Assembly (NCBI GenBank): GCA_951406725.2
Contig: OX597833.1
Location: 37,510,001-37,574,000, forward strand
DNA length: 64,000 nucleotides
Origin: Octopus vulgaris
Lineage: Eukaryota
Direction of reading: 5' to 3'
Of the stretch, positions 12,411-25,719 are shown in pieces. The translations under genes and the position numbers were made by a program. The first letter of the stretch is position 1, and the number at the start of each line of letters is the position of its first letter. The notes under the pieces are model-generated. The model saw only the letters and a list, made by a program, of their open reading frames with translations, was not told the origin of the DNA and made no database searches.

Positions 12411-12597
12411 AAGGTTGACGAGGCAAATACTGATAGGGCACAGAAAGTGTGTCAATAGCCAGCTGGAGAAGATGTTCTCCTGGGGCTACAAGCTACAGTA
12501 ACATCCACCCTTAGTGGTTAGCCATATTTAGATGGCAAATATACTTCACATTGTCGTGCAGTTACTGTCTATACCTCGTTCAGGGATTTATTATTGC

Positions 12598-12629
<32 letters not shown>

Positions 12630-12644
12630 CATATATATATAGAT

Positions 12645-12713
<69 letters not shown>

Positions 12714-13260
12714 GATATATGTATATACATATTCATATATATATCCATATGTTTACATATATCTATATAATGTACACACACATGCACATACATGCACACA
12801 CACACACATACATACATACACAAACAAACACACACACACGCACACACACACACACACAAATGGGTTTTCAAGTGTTGCTACAATTGATTCATTAGGCATA
12901 TTTGTTTTGATATAAGCACCATACAATTATTTAGATTACACAACACACTATATAACTCTCAAACTCATCAGGCACTTGTGTAAACCAGTGAACAACAGCT
13001 TGTTGAGTAATCTATAGAATTATCAACAAATGAATTCCCACTTTGGAAAACGTGATATTTAAGAAGTTTAAGGTGGGTGTGTCTCAAAGATATCAGTCAA
13101 GAAGAGTAGAAAGTGGGAAGAGGTTGTATATATATATAATAACAGGTATGGACATTAAGATTTATTAAACATAGCAATTTTGCACACAGACTAGAGAAGC
13201 TATTTGCTATTTTTAGATAGGATCAGCTTTCTGTAACCTTTGTGTATGTATATATATATG

Positions 13261-13314
<54 letters not shown>

Positions 13315-13333
13315 TATATATATGTATACATAC

Positions 13334-13379
<46 letters not shown>

Positions 13380-13895
13380 CATATGTCAAGAGGTGAACAA
13401 AAAGAACAAAGCCAAGAGAAAAATTAGACAAAAGTACAACAAACAAAAAAAAACAACAAAAATGCAACAAACAGAAAACTAGACAAAACATATGTGTGTA
13501 CATATATATGGTGTTTCAAAAGCATTGACATCATTTGAAATGTGAATATCTGAGTATCTACATGTCCAAGGCAAACAAAATTAAATAGACTTCATATTGA
13601 AAACATAAAAAATTTATTTATCAAAATTTGAACAAGAGATTCAGAGGGATGTAAATTTTATAACTGATTCACAAATGTTCAATATGCACACCACCTGTGA
13701 CACGACACATGTCAAATTAGTAGTCCAGCTCCTGTCAACCACACTGTAGCTTGTCTTGCTTAACATTCCCCAGTGCCTCAGTGATTATCTGCTTGAGTTC
13801 CTCTAGGTTTGTAAGAAGAGTGTGAGACATATAGACCAGTTCTTTCACATAACCCCATAGAAAAAATCATCAGATGAATGTGGTGGCCATTTCAA

Positions 13896-13992
13896 GGCAG
13901 TACATATACTAAAATTGGAGCGATACAGAGAAGATTAGCATGGCCCCTGCACAAGGATGACATGCAAATTCGTGAAGTGTTCCATATTTTTT
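13896..13992 (+). pseudogene. U6: U6 snRNA retro-pseudogene, missing about 11 nt at the 5' end
   Basis: GGCAGTACATATACTAAAATTGGAGCGATACAGAGAAGATTAGCATGGCCCCTGCACAAGGATGACATGCAAATTCGTGAAGTGTTCCATATTTTTT. ACAGAGA box and AGC triad present; three CpG transitions; lies inside a transposase, so it has no upstream promoter. Confidence 0.95.
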
Positions 13993-14262
13993 GGCCGTTG
14001 CCAGCATCGTCTGGCCCCCGTGCCAGTGGCACATAAAAAGCACCATCTGGTCGTGGCCGTTTGCCAACCTCGTCTGGCACCTGTGCCGGTGGCACGTAAA
14101 AAGCACCCACTACACTCATGGAGAGGTTGGCGTTAGGAAGGGCATCCAGCCGTAGAAACATTGCCAGATCAGACTGGGCCTGGTGCAGCCTTCTGGCTTC
14201 CCAGACCCCAGTTGAACCGTCCAACCCATGCTAGCATGGAAAGCAGACGCTAAACGATGATG
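13993..14262 (+). mobile_element. RTE-type 3' end fused directly to U6
   Basis: Same family as 11888-12410 and 54345-54641; ends CCATGCTAGCATGG...aaacgatgatg. Confidence 0.85.
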
Positions 14263-14761
14263 AATGTCATTATCACTGACATGCTTTAGCCATCTCTCTT
14301 GTGAGATAAGCTTGCAAAGTTAGCTTCCAGTGAGATGGAGCCCCATCCTGTTGAAAAATGAAGCATTTATGTTTATTTGCAATGAGCTCATCAAATAACC
14401 ATTTTTGATGCATTTGCAAATAAACACAACCAGTCACATTTCTCTCAAAGAAAAATGGTCCATAAAGATGATTCTTGGAGATTGTACAGATCACATTCAC
14501 TTTCAATGAATTCCTTATGTGCATCAGGATTTTCTTCCTCACAAATACAAACATTATACTTACTGACTTAGCCATTCATATGAAATGTGGCCTCATCACT
14601 GAAAACAAGATACTTTTCAAACTCCTTATCTTCAAGTTTTTCTTGTATAGTGACATAGAATTGCATGCACTTTTCCTTGTCATTGGTATTTAAGGCTTGA
14701 ATGAGCTGCAGCTTATAGAGTGTCATTTGCAAGCATTTCCTTACTACACACCAAAGTGTTG

Positions 14762-15161
14762 GGATCTTTTCGGTTTGAATGGCAGCTTTTAACATAATTT
14801 CCAGGGAGCTAAAAAATTTTAAACTTCGTATACTGGTAGAATGTGTTTATAAAACATCATTTTCTCTTGCCTTTCTTGAGAAAATTCTATAGTTTGTAAC
14901 ATATTTTGTCTTTAATTTCTTGCATTTTGGCAATTTTAACCAATCGCTGACCGTCCATTGAGGTGAAAGCATTCTGTGCGTCATCAATATGTCCCTCCTT
15001 TAAGAAACAGATTGGGTTTATTTACATTTGTGAAGAAAAAAAGATACCCTTCCCCCACCCTTAACCCTAACTAACCCTAAATCTAAAATAGATTGAAATG
15101 CAATAGATGATACTCGGGTCATAATTATGTGTGACAATTTCATATGACACTGCTAGAAAAA
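14762..15161 (+). mobile_element. Non-autonomous repeat (MITE-like) with internal telomere-like (CCCTAA)n
   Basis: Starts ggatcttttcggtttgaatggcag; ttaaccctaactaaccctaa at 15061-15080; inverse copy at 30153-30483; truncates the adjacent transposase. Confidence 0.75.
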
Positions 15162-15549
15162 TCTTATTATAATAATGAGAAGCGCTTAGAAATGTTGTCA
15201 ACTGAGAATAGTGAAAAGACACACAAATATTATAAATTAAATTTCAAAGAAACTCTTAGCTATAAAATATTTTCTCATTAAGTTTTTTGTAAGGGTAGAA
15301 TTTACTTATTTTTAAGTTTAAATAGATATCTAAAAAATTAGCTGTACTGTGATTGGTATCAACAGTTATTCTTAAAATATATAACTAAAAAGTTATGTGA
15401 GGTTTTTGTAAATCTGTTTAATTCGTGGCCACTCGTACTGTATTATTAATAACCCATCATCTCTGTAAAGCCTTCTTTTCAATGTATGGAAGTTGTTAGA
15501 TAAATAGTCTTGCATAATCATATGTCTTCACAGAAACATCTAATCATTT

Positions 15550-16000
15550 CAAGAGGTAAAACTGAAACTTGGATGTTCTGTTAGTACAAACTTTATTGCA
15601 GTAGATACCATGAGAGAAACTTTCATATTGGCTTTTGGTGTAAAAATTACTGTTGTGTATATCGCTAGTGGGGAGATAAATCCCCACCAGATCATGTGAT
15701 TTCAATCTTCTTTGGTCTTGTCAATGATGGACACTTGACCACTAGAGATAGCAGCAACACATTTCCCTGCTAGTGATATATAGAATAACTACCAGAACAG
15801 GTGCTGGTGTCACGATTAGCCAGTGAGCTTGTTAAAAATATATATATTCATGATAGAGGCATTATTAATGCCAAGAGGTAATATTTATCTCTGCTTAAAC
15901 ATGGATGTTCTATTAGAATAAAATATACTGCAGTAGATCCCATGAGAAAACCCCTCATATTGGCTTTTAGTGTAAAAAATACTCTTGTTTATATCTCTAT
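15550..16000 (+). repeat. Dispersed repeat, about 1.5 tandem copies; related copy at 56545-56830
   Basis: Shared aaacatggatgttct...catgagagaaact.tcatattg.cttttggtg...ttggtcttgtcaatgatgga. Confidence 0.7.
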
Positions 16001-16978
16001 TAAATAATTTGTTTTCATTTTTTGGCTACAAGTAGAAATGTAAAAGAAAAAAAAAGTATTTGTATGTATGCACATATGATTATTTTGATATCAGAATCAC
16101 TAACAAGCATAATGGTTTTGGTGAAGGCTAAGGTTTTAAGAAAAGGATTAGTAATATGTATGTATGCATATATGTCCAACCCATGTATGTTTGTCCAACC
16201 TACGCCTCCGTGGAAAATGGGCATTGAATGATGATGATAATGTTGGTATGTGTTTATATACAAACACATGTGTGTGTGTGTAAGTGTGCATTTGTGTATG
16301 TATGCATATAAATGTGTATGTATATGTGGACATAAATATATCTACATGTATGTGTATGTGTGTCTGGATATGTATATGTATGTACATACTCATTATTTAT
16401 ATATAAAGATAGAGTTAGACAGCCAGACAAAGAGTATGAAAGCTAGGAAGCCAATGAAATAGTTAAATTATCTAGAAATGGGTTGAAGTGTTAGCAAAAA
16501 ACTTTTAATTAGTGACCCCAAATGACATCCAAAACAGTCCACAAATGACAATGTTTTTATATGCAGAAAGACAACATTCTAAAGGTTAATGATTGCATGA
16601 AGGTTCTATTTTTGGCTTGCCAACATAATAATGAGTCTCGTCACCATTCCAAATTATTCCAGATTAAATATCCTGCTTTATTCTTGTACATTCCTGTAAG
16701 TTAACCGCCCTGTGAAAGTTCACTGTGGGTAGCTTGCCTGCTTTTAAAACCGACATATATAGCTAATGTGAAATATCTCTAAGTTATTCAGAACATTAGA
16801 TGTAATCTAGAGTGCAGAGGAGAGGGATAAGAAGAGAGAGTGGTCAAAAGAAAAAAAAAGGATCAAGGGTAGAGAACCAGGAGGAAGGGAGATAAAAGCA
16901 AGGTAAACAGGAGAAAGACAGGCAAATAGATGCAGAAAGAGACAAAAATAAAACAGATTGGCAGAGAGGGAGGAGGAG

Positions 16979-17039
<61 letters not shown>

Positions 17040-17725
17040 GTCCACATTTTAACAACACTTTTAAATTATGAGTATAAGAAAATAGCAGATGCCCTTGATG
17101 GGGTGTTAAACAACTATTGGAAGTGTCTGGCTTGTATTTTGTTCACAATAATTGTGTTTTGACACTTAACATAAAATGGCCAAGTGCATCTAGCGATAAG
17201 GAGATTCCACTGGAAAAGTTGAGACAGCTTTGGAAAAATTGACAAATGTTTTGATGTAGTAGGGTGCTGAGCTCATCAAGGGGTAGAAATCGATTTTACT
17301 ATTCTCAATGTCTCAATGTTCAATTCCACAAGTTACACTAATATAAATGTTATACTATTCTAACAAGGGAACCTCTTAATGATTGCTTGATCAGCTTAAA
17401 AAAAAACACCAAATTTCCTTAGAATCCCATCTATCCTACCATAAAAGTAGGGACATATTATATACATTGTATATAATGTACATAGAATCATTGATGCTAT
17501 ATGTCTAAAAACTAAGACATGATCATCATGGCTGCACCCTTCAATCATAGGTCTTTTTTTTAGAGCCAATCTGGGGCTAAACAATAATAACAACAGTTGT
17601 CCCCAGTATACCAAGTTTGGTTCCATTAATTTCATTTAATGATGACATGGCTTCTGACACTTGGAATACATTTGGAAAAAAGTTTAATTTTCTTTTATTG
17701 TCTGTGAGCGTGTATATTTTTGGGG

Positions 17726-18151
17726 TTAATCTCTAGTTTAGGACCTGTTCACAAAAAATGAAAAAAAAAATAGTGTAATAGGTGTAAAATATTGTGTAGT
17801 AAATGAGTATGCAAAACAATGCACACTAATGAATGGGGGTAGGTGGGGAGAAGACTTAGGAAATTCACATGATCCAGTAACTCAACTTTGACATTTGGCT
17901 ACCATAAAAAAAGTACAATAGGTGTAAAATAACATGTAGTAAACAAATATGAATAAAAAGTTTGTGCCAATGAACGGGGTGGGGGTGGTGAGAGGACTTG
18001 GAAAATTCACAATGTGAATTTTCCAAGTCCTTTCCCCACCCCACCGCTCATCAGCATGCATTTTTTTTTTGTATTTGTTTACTACACATCATTCTACTCA
18101 TATTACACTATTTTTTTCATTTTTTTGACCAGGTCTTAAACTAGAGATTAA
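17726..18151. mobile_element. Palindromic foldback MITE bounded by TTAA
   Basis: Ends ttaatctctagtttaggacctg / caggtcttaaactagagattaa; central palindrome aggacttggaaaattcaca-a-tgtgaattttccaagtcct; left arm partly duplicated. Confidence 0.8.
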
Positions 18152-18197
18152 TAATTTTTTGTTGGTATGGAAATCTGTAACAATATATATTAGCAAT

Positions 18198-18233
<36 letters not shown>

Positions 18234-18552
18234 GTTTAACGTCCGTTTTCCGCACTAGCACGGGTTGGACGGTTCAACAGGGGTCTGGGAAGCCAGGAGG
18301 CTGCGCCAGGCCCAGTCTGATCTGGCAGTGTTTCTACAGCTGGATGCCCTTCCTAACACCAACCACTCCGAGAGTGTAGTGGGTGCTTTTTATGTGCCAC
18401 CTGTACAGGTGCCAGACGAGACTGGCAAACAGCCACGATCGGATGGTGCTTTTTACGTGCCACCGGCACAGAGGCCAGTTGGGGCGGCGCTGGCAACGGC
18501 CACATTTGGACGGTTCTCTTACGTGCCACCGGCACTGGTATCTCAGCTACAA
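18198..18552 (-). mobile_element. RTE-type 3' UTR element with 3 hairpin repeat units
   Basis: Same family as 11888-12410; long (CAT)n tail. Confidence 0.85.
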
Positions 18553-18584
18553 TATACAAATAAAAATTACATTCTCACCAAATA

Positions 18585-19700
18585 TGAGGTGATATCAAAA
18601 AGTTTGCATACTAGTTCTGTAGTGCACCAACAGATTGCAGTACACTGTTGTGTGAGCAGTGAGAGCAAGCAGTGACATTCATGAGGCAGTGTGCCAAGTG
18701 AGATCACTGTGTTTACTTCGTAAGTTGTGAAATTTGTGTTTTTGCAATCATGTGTATGCTGTACTCTGCGATTTTGTCATGGACAGGAACTTGAAACAAA
18801 GAGCCAACATGAAATTTTATGTTAAACTTGGGAAGTCTGGTACAGAGACATTGAGCATACTTTGGCAAGCTTACAGCAATGAGGCATTGGGTCATATGCA
18901 ATGTTTCAAGAGGCATGGGCACTTCAAAAACAGAAGAACGTCTCTGGAAGACAACAAGCAATCTGGAAGACCTGCCACTAACACTACCCAAGAAATGTGG
19001 GGAAAATTCATCAGTTTGTGCATAAGGATCATTGGAGGACAGTCAATGATGTTTGAAGCATTTGTGGGAGGAGATTTGGTAAAAGCAACTAGATCTGTGG
19101 AGCACAAACAATTGGATTCTTCACGATAACAATGAACCAAGTTCTCCTCGCTTGTGAGTTTTTTTTTCTTTACTCTTTTTTTTACTTGTTTCAGTCATTT
19201 GACTGCGGCCATGCTGGAGCACCGCCTTTAGTCGAGCAACTCGACCCCGGGACTTATTCTTTGTAAGCCCAGTACTTATTCTATCGGTCTCTTTTGCCGA
19301 ACTGCTAAGTGACGGGGACGTAAACACACCAGCATTGATTGTCAAGCAATGCTAGGGAGACAAACACATACATATATACGACAGGCTTCTTTCAGTTTCC
19401 GTCTACCAAATCCACTCACAAGGCATTGGTCGGCCCGGGGCTATAGCAGAAGACACTTGCCCAAGATTCCACTCACCAAAAATAACAGGGTATTGCTTCT
19501 GCCCCTACCCTATTTGTCAGATTTAGCACCTACAGACTGCCATCTCTTCCCCAAGATGAAAATGTAGCTCAAAGGTTGTCATTTTAACACTGTTGTAAAG
19601 ATCCAGAGCAAATCACAAAAGGTTCTTGATTCGCTTACGGAAAACGATTTCCAGGCTGGATTCCAACAGTGGCAGGAACGATGGGACTAGTGTATTATAA
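18585..19700 (+). mobile_element. Internally deleted mariner, interrupted by a SINE
   Basis: QRANMKFYVKLGKSGTET...LEDNKQSGRP, WILHDN, PYLSDLAPTDCHLFPKMK; TA before the TIR-like start. Confidence 0.85.
19160..19465 (-). mobile_element. SINE family A, 5'-truncated, nested in mariner
   Basis: Near-identical to 37690-38030. Confidence 0.9.
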
Positions 19701-21679
19701 AGGGGCGCTGTTTTTGTTGGGGTTGAATTCAGACAAGAACTGACTAGAAGCTCATCATATGTAAAACTAACACCTCTTGCTGGGTGTCACAGTTCAATAC
19801 TGTGATGAATACTGAAAAAGGAAGGCTGAAGACATGACAAGAATCAGAGAAGGGTTTACAAATGGATACATTAATTCATTTTGTAGCACAGAAAAAAAGA
19901 GAAAAAGAATTCCAATAAATTCCAAGTTCATGAAATAGGGAAAATCTGCCACCTGGTGATCAACCAAAGATAAATATTGATTTCTAATATTAGCCCAGGG
20001 CCACAAATTTTGGTGTAGACATAATTGATTATATTGACTGTAGTGCTTTACGTATGCATGCATGTAAATATGTATGTATGTCAATATTCAGTTTTATTTC
20101 AAGATTTCTCACCAATAGAGAAGGAGATGGTTTCTAACCTCGACCCAAAACCCCTTCCTTAGAAGTTTCACAACATCAACAGGGGTGTATGTATGTATGC
20201 ATGTATGTATATGTGCAGTATTTGGAGTCAGTGCATGTGCAGATTTGTATGTTTTGTTTTGTGTGCATATTCTCATGCATGTAGTTGCATGTCTATATAA
20301 TACAATTCTAGAAAGTTTTACAAATTTTTACTGTTCCAGTGATGACTTGGATCTGTGGTCTTCAAATCTTCCATCTGGCTTTGAGAAGACTTATTTCTCA
20401 AGACAGAATGTTACATATCCCAGTGTCCCAATAATTACAGGTATAAACCTGAACTTCTAATCTGGGTAGAGAAACTGTATATTTTTCAGTAGTTCACTGA
20501 TCTTTTTCACTGATCTCCAGCCTTATGTTAACGTGTGTGTATGTATGTATGTATGTATGTATGTATGTATGTATGTATGTATGCATGTATGTGTGTATGT
20601 GTGTATGTATGTACACATACACACATACACACATACACATACATATATGTACGTATTAGGGAAATATACAAATATGCACATGGAATACATAATCACAGAC
20701 ATATATTTGTCATATATTTACTTATTCATGCATGTATTTGTACAAATGCATAACGACCAGAAATGCACAAAGACTTATATTTACAAAACTACAAAAGAAA
20801 TATATTTATATTTACAATAGTATTACACAAGCATTTAGAGACATTCAAACACACACCCACATGTGCACACACATATCCTCACACAAACACACATTCTTTC
20901 AAACATACACAACTACATTTATGTATGTATGTATGTATGTATGTATGTATGTATGTATGTATGTATGTATGCATGCATGTATGTATGTATGTATGTATGT
21001 ATGTATGTATGTATGTATGTATGTATGTATGTATGTGTTCCAATGTATAAAGGACATGAACACAGTATGACGTAGGCAAATTGTGTTATAGAACCGAATC
21101 TATTCACATTTTTGAAGCTACCTGCTTGGTCGGGTTTGTAATGAGATCATTTAACTAGCATGTTAGTTTCAGTATATATCCATATCTATATGTGTATGTG
21201 CATGTGTGATTGAGTGTATTTTTGCTTATGTATGCATGTGTATACATACATATATCACACACACACACACATATATCATCATCATTATCATCACCACCAT
21301 TATTTAGCATCCATCTTCTTAGAAGGCATGGGTTGAACAGTTTAATAGGATTTAGCAAGTCAGAGAACTGCATTAAGCACCTATGTCTGCTTTGGCGTGG
21401 CTTCTATGGTTGGATGGCCCTCATAATGCCAACTCTTTTACATAGTAAACTAGATGACACTGTATTGCCAAACAATTCTCAAGACAAAGGAAAAGCCCTC
21501 TCAGCTGAGTGGGGTTGTGAAGGGAGGTGGGTTAATGCCATTGGTTGAGAAGCTAAACTATGATAGAGGAATGAGTACAGGTTCATTGTCATGGAGGAGA
21601 TACATGGCTCACCCAAATTATTTAAAAGTAGCTGGAAAGAAGATGATAGTGGTGATGAGGTTTCATAGTATATGCTCAA

Positions 21680-22880
21680 AGTACAAGAAGGTGAGTATTA
21701 AATCAAGGGTCCACTGTGTATATGAAAGGTATTGTGAAAGTAATGCAGAAATGAGTGTAACATTTTTTTTATTAATTGACAAAGGTTGTTCAAATTGCAG
21801 ATGTTGGAAGAGTAACAAAGGTACTACTGAAGATGGTCTTTATCACAATAAGTGATGCATTTGTGCTATTGTTGAAACCAACTCTTGAGTCCTCTTTGAA
21901 AAAATTCAGATCTGCACAGTTGCATCTATTTGTTCACAGCCACTTTCATCTCATCTGTGTCATCAAATCATTGTCCCCAAAGTCTGTAGTTCTTCATGGG
22001 ACCAAATATATATTTGGACTGTACAACGAATAAGAGACCACTGACTAATCTAGTTTGCTGATTCCTTGATTTGTTATCGAACATATGTGTCGTCATGCAC
22101 TGTCATTGTGAATATGGATTGTTTTCAGAGTCTTGTTCAGCCTCTTCCTCCTAAAGGCTTCTCTAAGCTTTTTCAATGAATCAATGTACTGTTTTTTGTA
22201 TACAGTGTAGCCACATTCAAGAAAATCAAGGAAAATGATGCCTTTATCATCCCCCAAAATACTTTTTGTGTTAATTTCTCTTAGAGAAGGACTGTGACAC
22301 CATTCCATATACTGAGCTTTCATCATAAAGCTACACCCATGTTTCATCCTCTTCCCTCAGATTGGGAAAAAGTAATTTCGTTAGCCTCAGCACTTCCCCT
22401 TTTTTTCCCCTCAGATTAGGTATAAACTGCCAAGGGGTTCATATTCACACACTTTTTGATACCCATAGTCTTCTACCATCTTCTGTAACATATTGTGGTC
22501 ACAGTCCAGAACATAGATCTTATCTGTTTGCACAAATCAGTTTGTCCACTCACTGGCAATCTATGTCAGTAGTCACAGCTAATTTCTTTTATTATGTGGG
22601 TAATCTTCAACATCAGTTCCCACTTCTTTAAACTTCTACATCCATCTGAGTTTGTCAATGATGTAAATAACTTGCAGCCTTCTGTTGATATTGAACATCC
22701 TGTACTTGTCTGTCCTCAAGAACTCAATGATGGTACATTGACTCTGCTTGTGATCCATTATTTGGCTGCAATAAGAAAACAACAGGAAAAAGAGTTACAG
22801 TAGAGGACGAGTTATTTTGCTAACATTAGCAATTTGAATGACCTAAGTCAGTTATTAAAACAGTTATACTCACTTTTTCA
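21680..22880 (-). mobile_element. Highly decayed mariner
   Basis: Fragments GIIFLDFLECGYTV...YIDSLKKLREAFRRKR...IHIHNDSA. Confidence 0.65.
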
Positions 22881-23075
22881 CTTCAGTCAGAGCAACTATT
22901 GTGTATGTCTGTGTGTGTGTGTGAATGTTGATTATGTGTATGTGTGACCAATCACATACATAAATTTAACTGGGTCAATCTCAACTTGATTGACATGTCA
23001 CTGTTTCTGTTGTTAGGTCACTACACCTAATTCAGGTTTAATGCAAAATATTATAACGAACAAAAAAATATATAC

Positions 23076-23144
<69 letters not shown>

Positions 23145-23493
23145 CACATGCATGCATATGTGCATGTATATTGCTTTGAAGACACAACTGCATCTTTTAT
23201 ACTATTTATATTTTTTTTATATTTCTAGTTTATTATTATTTCTTTACAAAGAAGCAAGCTGGCAGAATTGTCACATTGCTAGGCAAATTGCTACTACTAG
23301 TAAGCAATTACTACTAGACACATTGCTTAGTAGCTTTTCTTACAACTTTATTTACTTTCTGAGTTTAAATTCTTCTGACATCGGCCTTACTTTTCAACCA
23401 TTCAGGGTGAATAAAATAGGTACCAGTTGAGTAATGAGGTCAATGCAACTGACTCAGGCCTACCATCTATAGTAGAAGGGTAGTTCTTTACAA

Positions 23494-23877
23494 GGGTACC
23501 TATAGTAGAAGGGTGGTTCTTTACAAGCGTACAAAAGTAGAAGAAACGCTACAAGGACTCCCTGAAAACGAACCTCAAAAAGTGTGACATTGGCTTCACT
23601 AACTGGGAGGAAACGGCAAAAAACAGACCACTCTGGAAAACTACCATCCATGAGGGAACGGCGACTTTTGAGTCGAAAAGGTCTGCAGAGCTGGAGGAGA
23701 AAAGACGACGACGGAAGGAGCGCCAACAACAACCACGTGCGACTCTCCCTTCTGGTACTAGATGTCCGCACTGCGACCGATCTTTTCGAGCAAGAATTGG
23801 TCTTATCAGTCACCTGCGGATTCACCAGTAAATTTGCGCGAAGACCATCATCCTCGACCTTGAGGGATTGCCATCAC
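23494..23877 (+). mobile_element. Young 5'-truncated RTE (BovB-like) LINE with 12-bp TSD
   Basis: Open frame 23541-23831 KRYKDSLKTNLKKC...CPHCDRSFRARIGLISHLRIHQ* (C2H2-type C-terminus), short hairpin 3' UTR, TSD agttctttacaa at 23482-23493 and 23878-23889. Confidence 0.88.
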
Positions 23878-24109
23878 AGTTCTTTACAACTTATTTTGGA
23901 TAATGAAGTTCCAAATTTCAACACTATTTCTAGACCTTCATGGTTTTGTCTTCTCAATAGAGAGCTTTGTGATGATGAATGTTACTGCCATTTTAGAGTA
24001 GGCAGGAGCATTATGTATGAGAGAGTGAGTGTGTATGTATGTGTGTGTGTGTGTGTGTGTGAATAAATTGTCATCTAAATTATGCAAAAATGAAAATAAC
24101 ACTGACAGA

Positions 24110-24292
24110 TATATTTACCAAAATTACATTAAAATTTCATGAAATACTAAAGAGTAAATTTATTCAGTAAAATCACCATTGGCTTCAACCACGGCCTCCA
24201 CACGTCTTTGGAATCTTCAGCAACTCTTTTGAATGGTTTCCTTGTTTAAGTTGGTGAAGGCTGCCATTATCCATGCCTTCAGTTCATCTTTT
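24110..24292 (-). mobile_element. maT-like derivative fragment
   Basis: Reverse complement of about 9810-9962. Confidence 0.6.
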
Positions 24293-24299
24293 ACATTGT

Positions 24300-24620
24300 T
24301 CAAGAACATTGTTTACAAGATGCACTGTTCCACTAATCTTTATTTGGCTTGCTTTGAATAGGACAACCTGGAGGACTGCTATCTGTAATGGAACCAGCTC
24401 CTTTGAGCAGAGAAGACAACAGAACGAGGAGGTAAAATGCAAGAGAAAGAAGTGTTTACAACATCCTTGACCTGCACTGACCATCTGTGTGAATTCTGCC
24501 CACGACTCTTCACCACTGACTTGGACTCCAAGGTCACATTCGGTACAAACATCAGCCGAGGAAACTGGATAGAAACTGATGAATCCAATGCTCAGATATG
24601 AGCTGGAGCCAACGATAATG
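24300..24620 (+). mobile_element. Older RTE C-terminal fragment (second family)
   Basis: LALNRTTWRTAICNGTSSFEQRR...HLCEFCPRLF..LGLQGHIRYKH with frameshifts. Confidence 0.65.
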
Positions 24621-24667
24621 TGAGCTACAAATATTTCTGGACATATTAAGAAGTATATAATAATATA

Positions 24668-24960
24668 TGGGGAGAATTCACAAAAAAAAAAACAAAAGAC
24701 AAAGACAGGTGGTGTAGAAAACAAAGAGATGTATTAGTTTAATGTTCGGGAAGTGAAAAAGTCTTTAATGTTTCAAGCTTACGCTCTTCCACAGAAAGGA
24801 ACAGAGAAAGGAACAAGGAGAGAAAATAAAGAATGTGTAGTGGCTAGCGATCTATCATGGCGAATGCTGGACAGAAGGGTCACACAGGAGAGTTAGGAAG
24901 AAGGGGAGATAATAAAGTAGTGGTGATCCCAAAACGAAGGTGCACGTGCATGTGTATAAG
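24668..24960 (-). mobile_element. PLE pseudo-LTR-type repeat with decayed minimal hammerhead-like motif (24763-24798)
   Basis: Related to 3544-3755; minus strand cttt-CTGTGGA-A-gagc-gtaa-gctt-GAAA-cat-t-aaag. Confidence 0.5.
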
Positions 24961-25569
24961 AGAGTATGTATGTGCGTGTGGAAGAGGGCTGGTGACCTTG
25001 ATGTGTGCGTGTGTGTATGTGTAGGTGTGAAAATGTGGGTTTGGGAAGTGGTCGGTGCTAGTGTGTGCATGGTGGTGTGATGTGTTGTGTGGTGTGGTGG
25101 TTTATGGTGTAGTAGTGTGTGGTGTGATGGTGTTGGGAGGTGGGGGAGGCGAGAGTGGGGAAAGCAAGGGTGGTGTGTGGGTTAGGCTGAGGGTGGGGGT
25201 ATATAATAATATACTTCATTAATGACATCCACAACTTATCACCATCATCATACTTATTCACCAAGTTTCTTCTTTTTCTTCATCATCTTCTTCTCCTCCT
25301 CTCCTCCTCTTCTTTCTCTCTCCACCACAACCCCTCCTCCTCCTTTTCTTTTTTCTCCTCTTCCTCCTCCTCATCATTATTATTGGCATTTCTTTTAAAT
25401 CATTCCAATCTCTTACAGAACAGGTTTTCTGTTCTTTATGGAGGTGTATGTGTATGTGAGTGTGTGTGCATGGAGGTGTATGTGTATGTGAGTGTGTGTA
25501 CAAATTTTTCTTTTTTACCAAGTGGAATGTATAATTTACTAAATATATTGTTTTATTGCCATTTCATAT

Positions 25570-25719
25570 ATGGCTGTGTGGTAAGAAGCTTGATTTCCAA
25601 CCACATGGTTACTAGTTCAGTTCTACCATGTGATGCTTTGAACAAGTGTCTTCCACCGTGGCCCTGAGCTGACCAACCAAAACCTTCGGAGTAGACTGGT
25701 AAACAGAAACTGAAAAAAA
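25570..25719 (+). mobile_element. Decayed SINE A 5' half, host of the SINE B dimer
   Basis: tggctgtgtggtaagaagctt...ccacatggtt..agttcag; resumes after 26155. Confidence 0.65.

Larger units (their letters stand above)
13508..14760 (-). mobile_element. Decayed IS630-Tc1-mariner transposon (DD41D/rosa- or DD37D-like), split by the U6 chimera
   Basis: Minus-strand fragments YKLQLIQAL, FSDEATFH, GPFFF, FQQDGAPSHW, then LKWPPHS..DFFLWGYVKELVY...GGVHIEHL*. Confidence 0.85.

Noticed and set aside
13896-13992. Functional U6 snRNA gene
   Set aside because: 5' stem truncated, CpG decay, no upstream PSE or TATA, embedded in a transposon.
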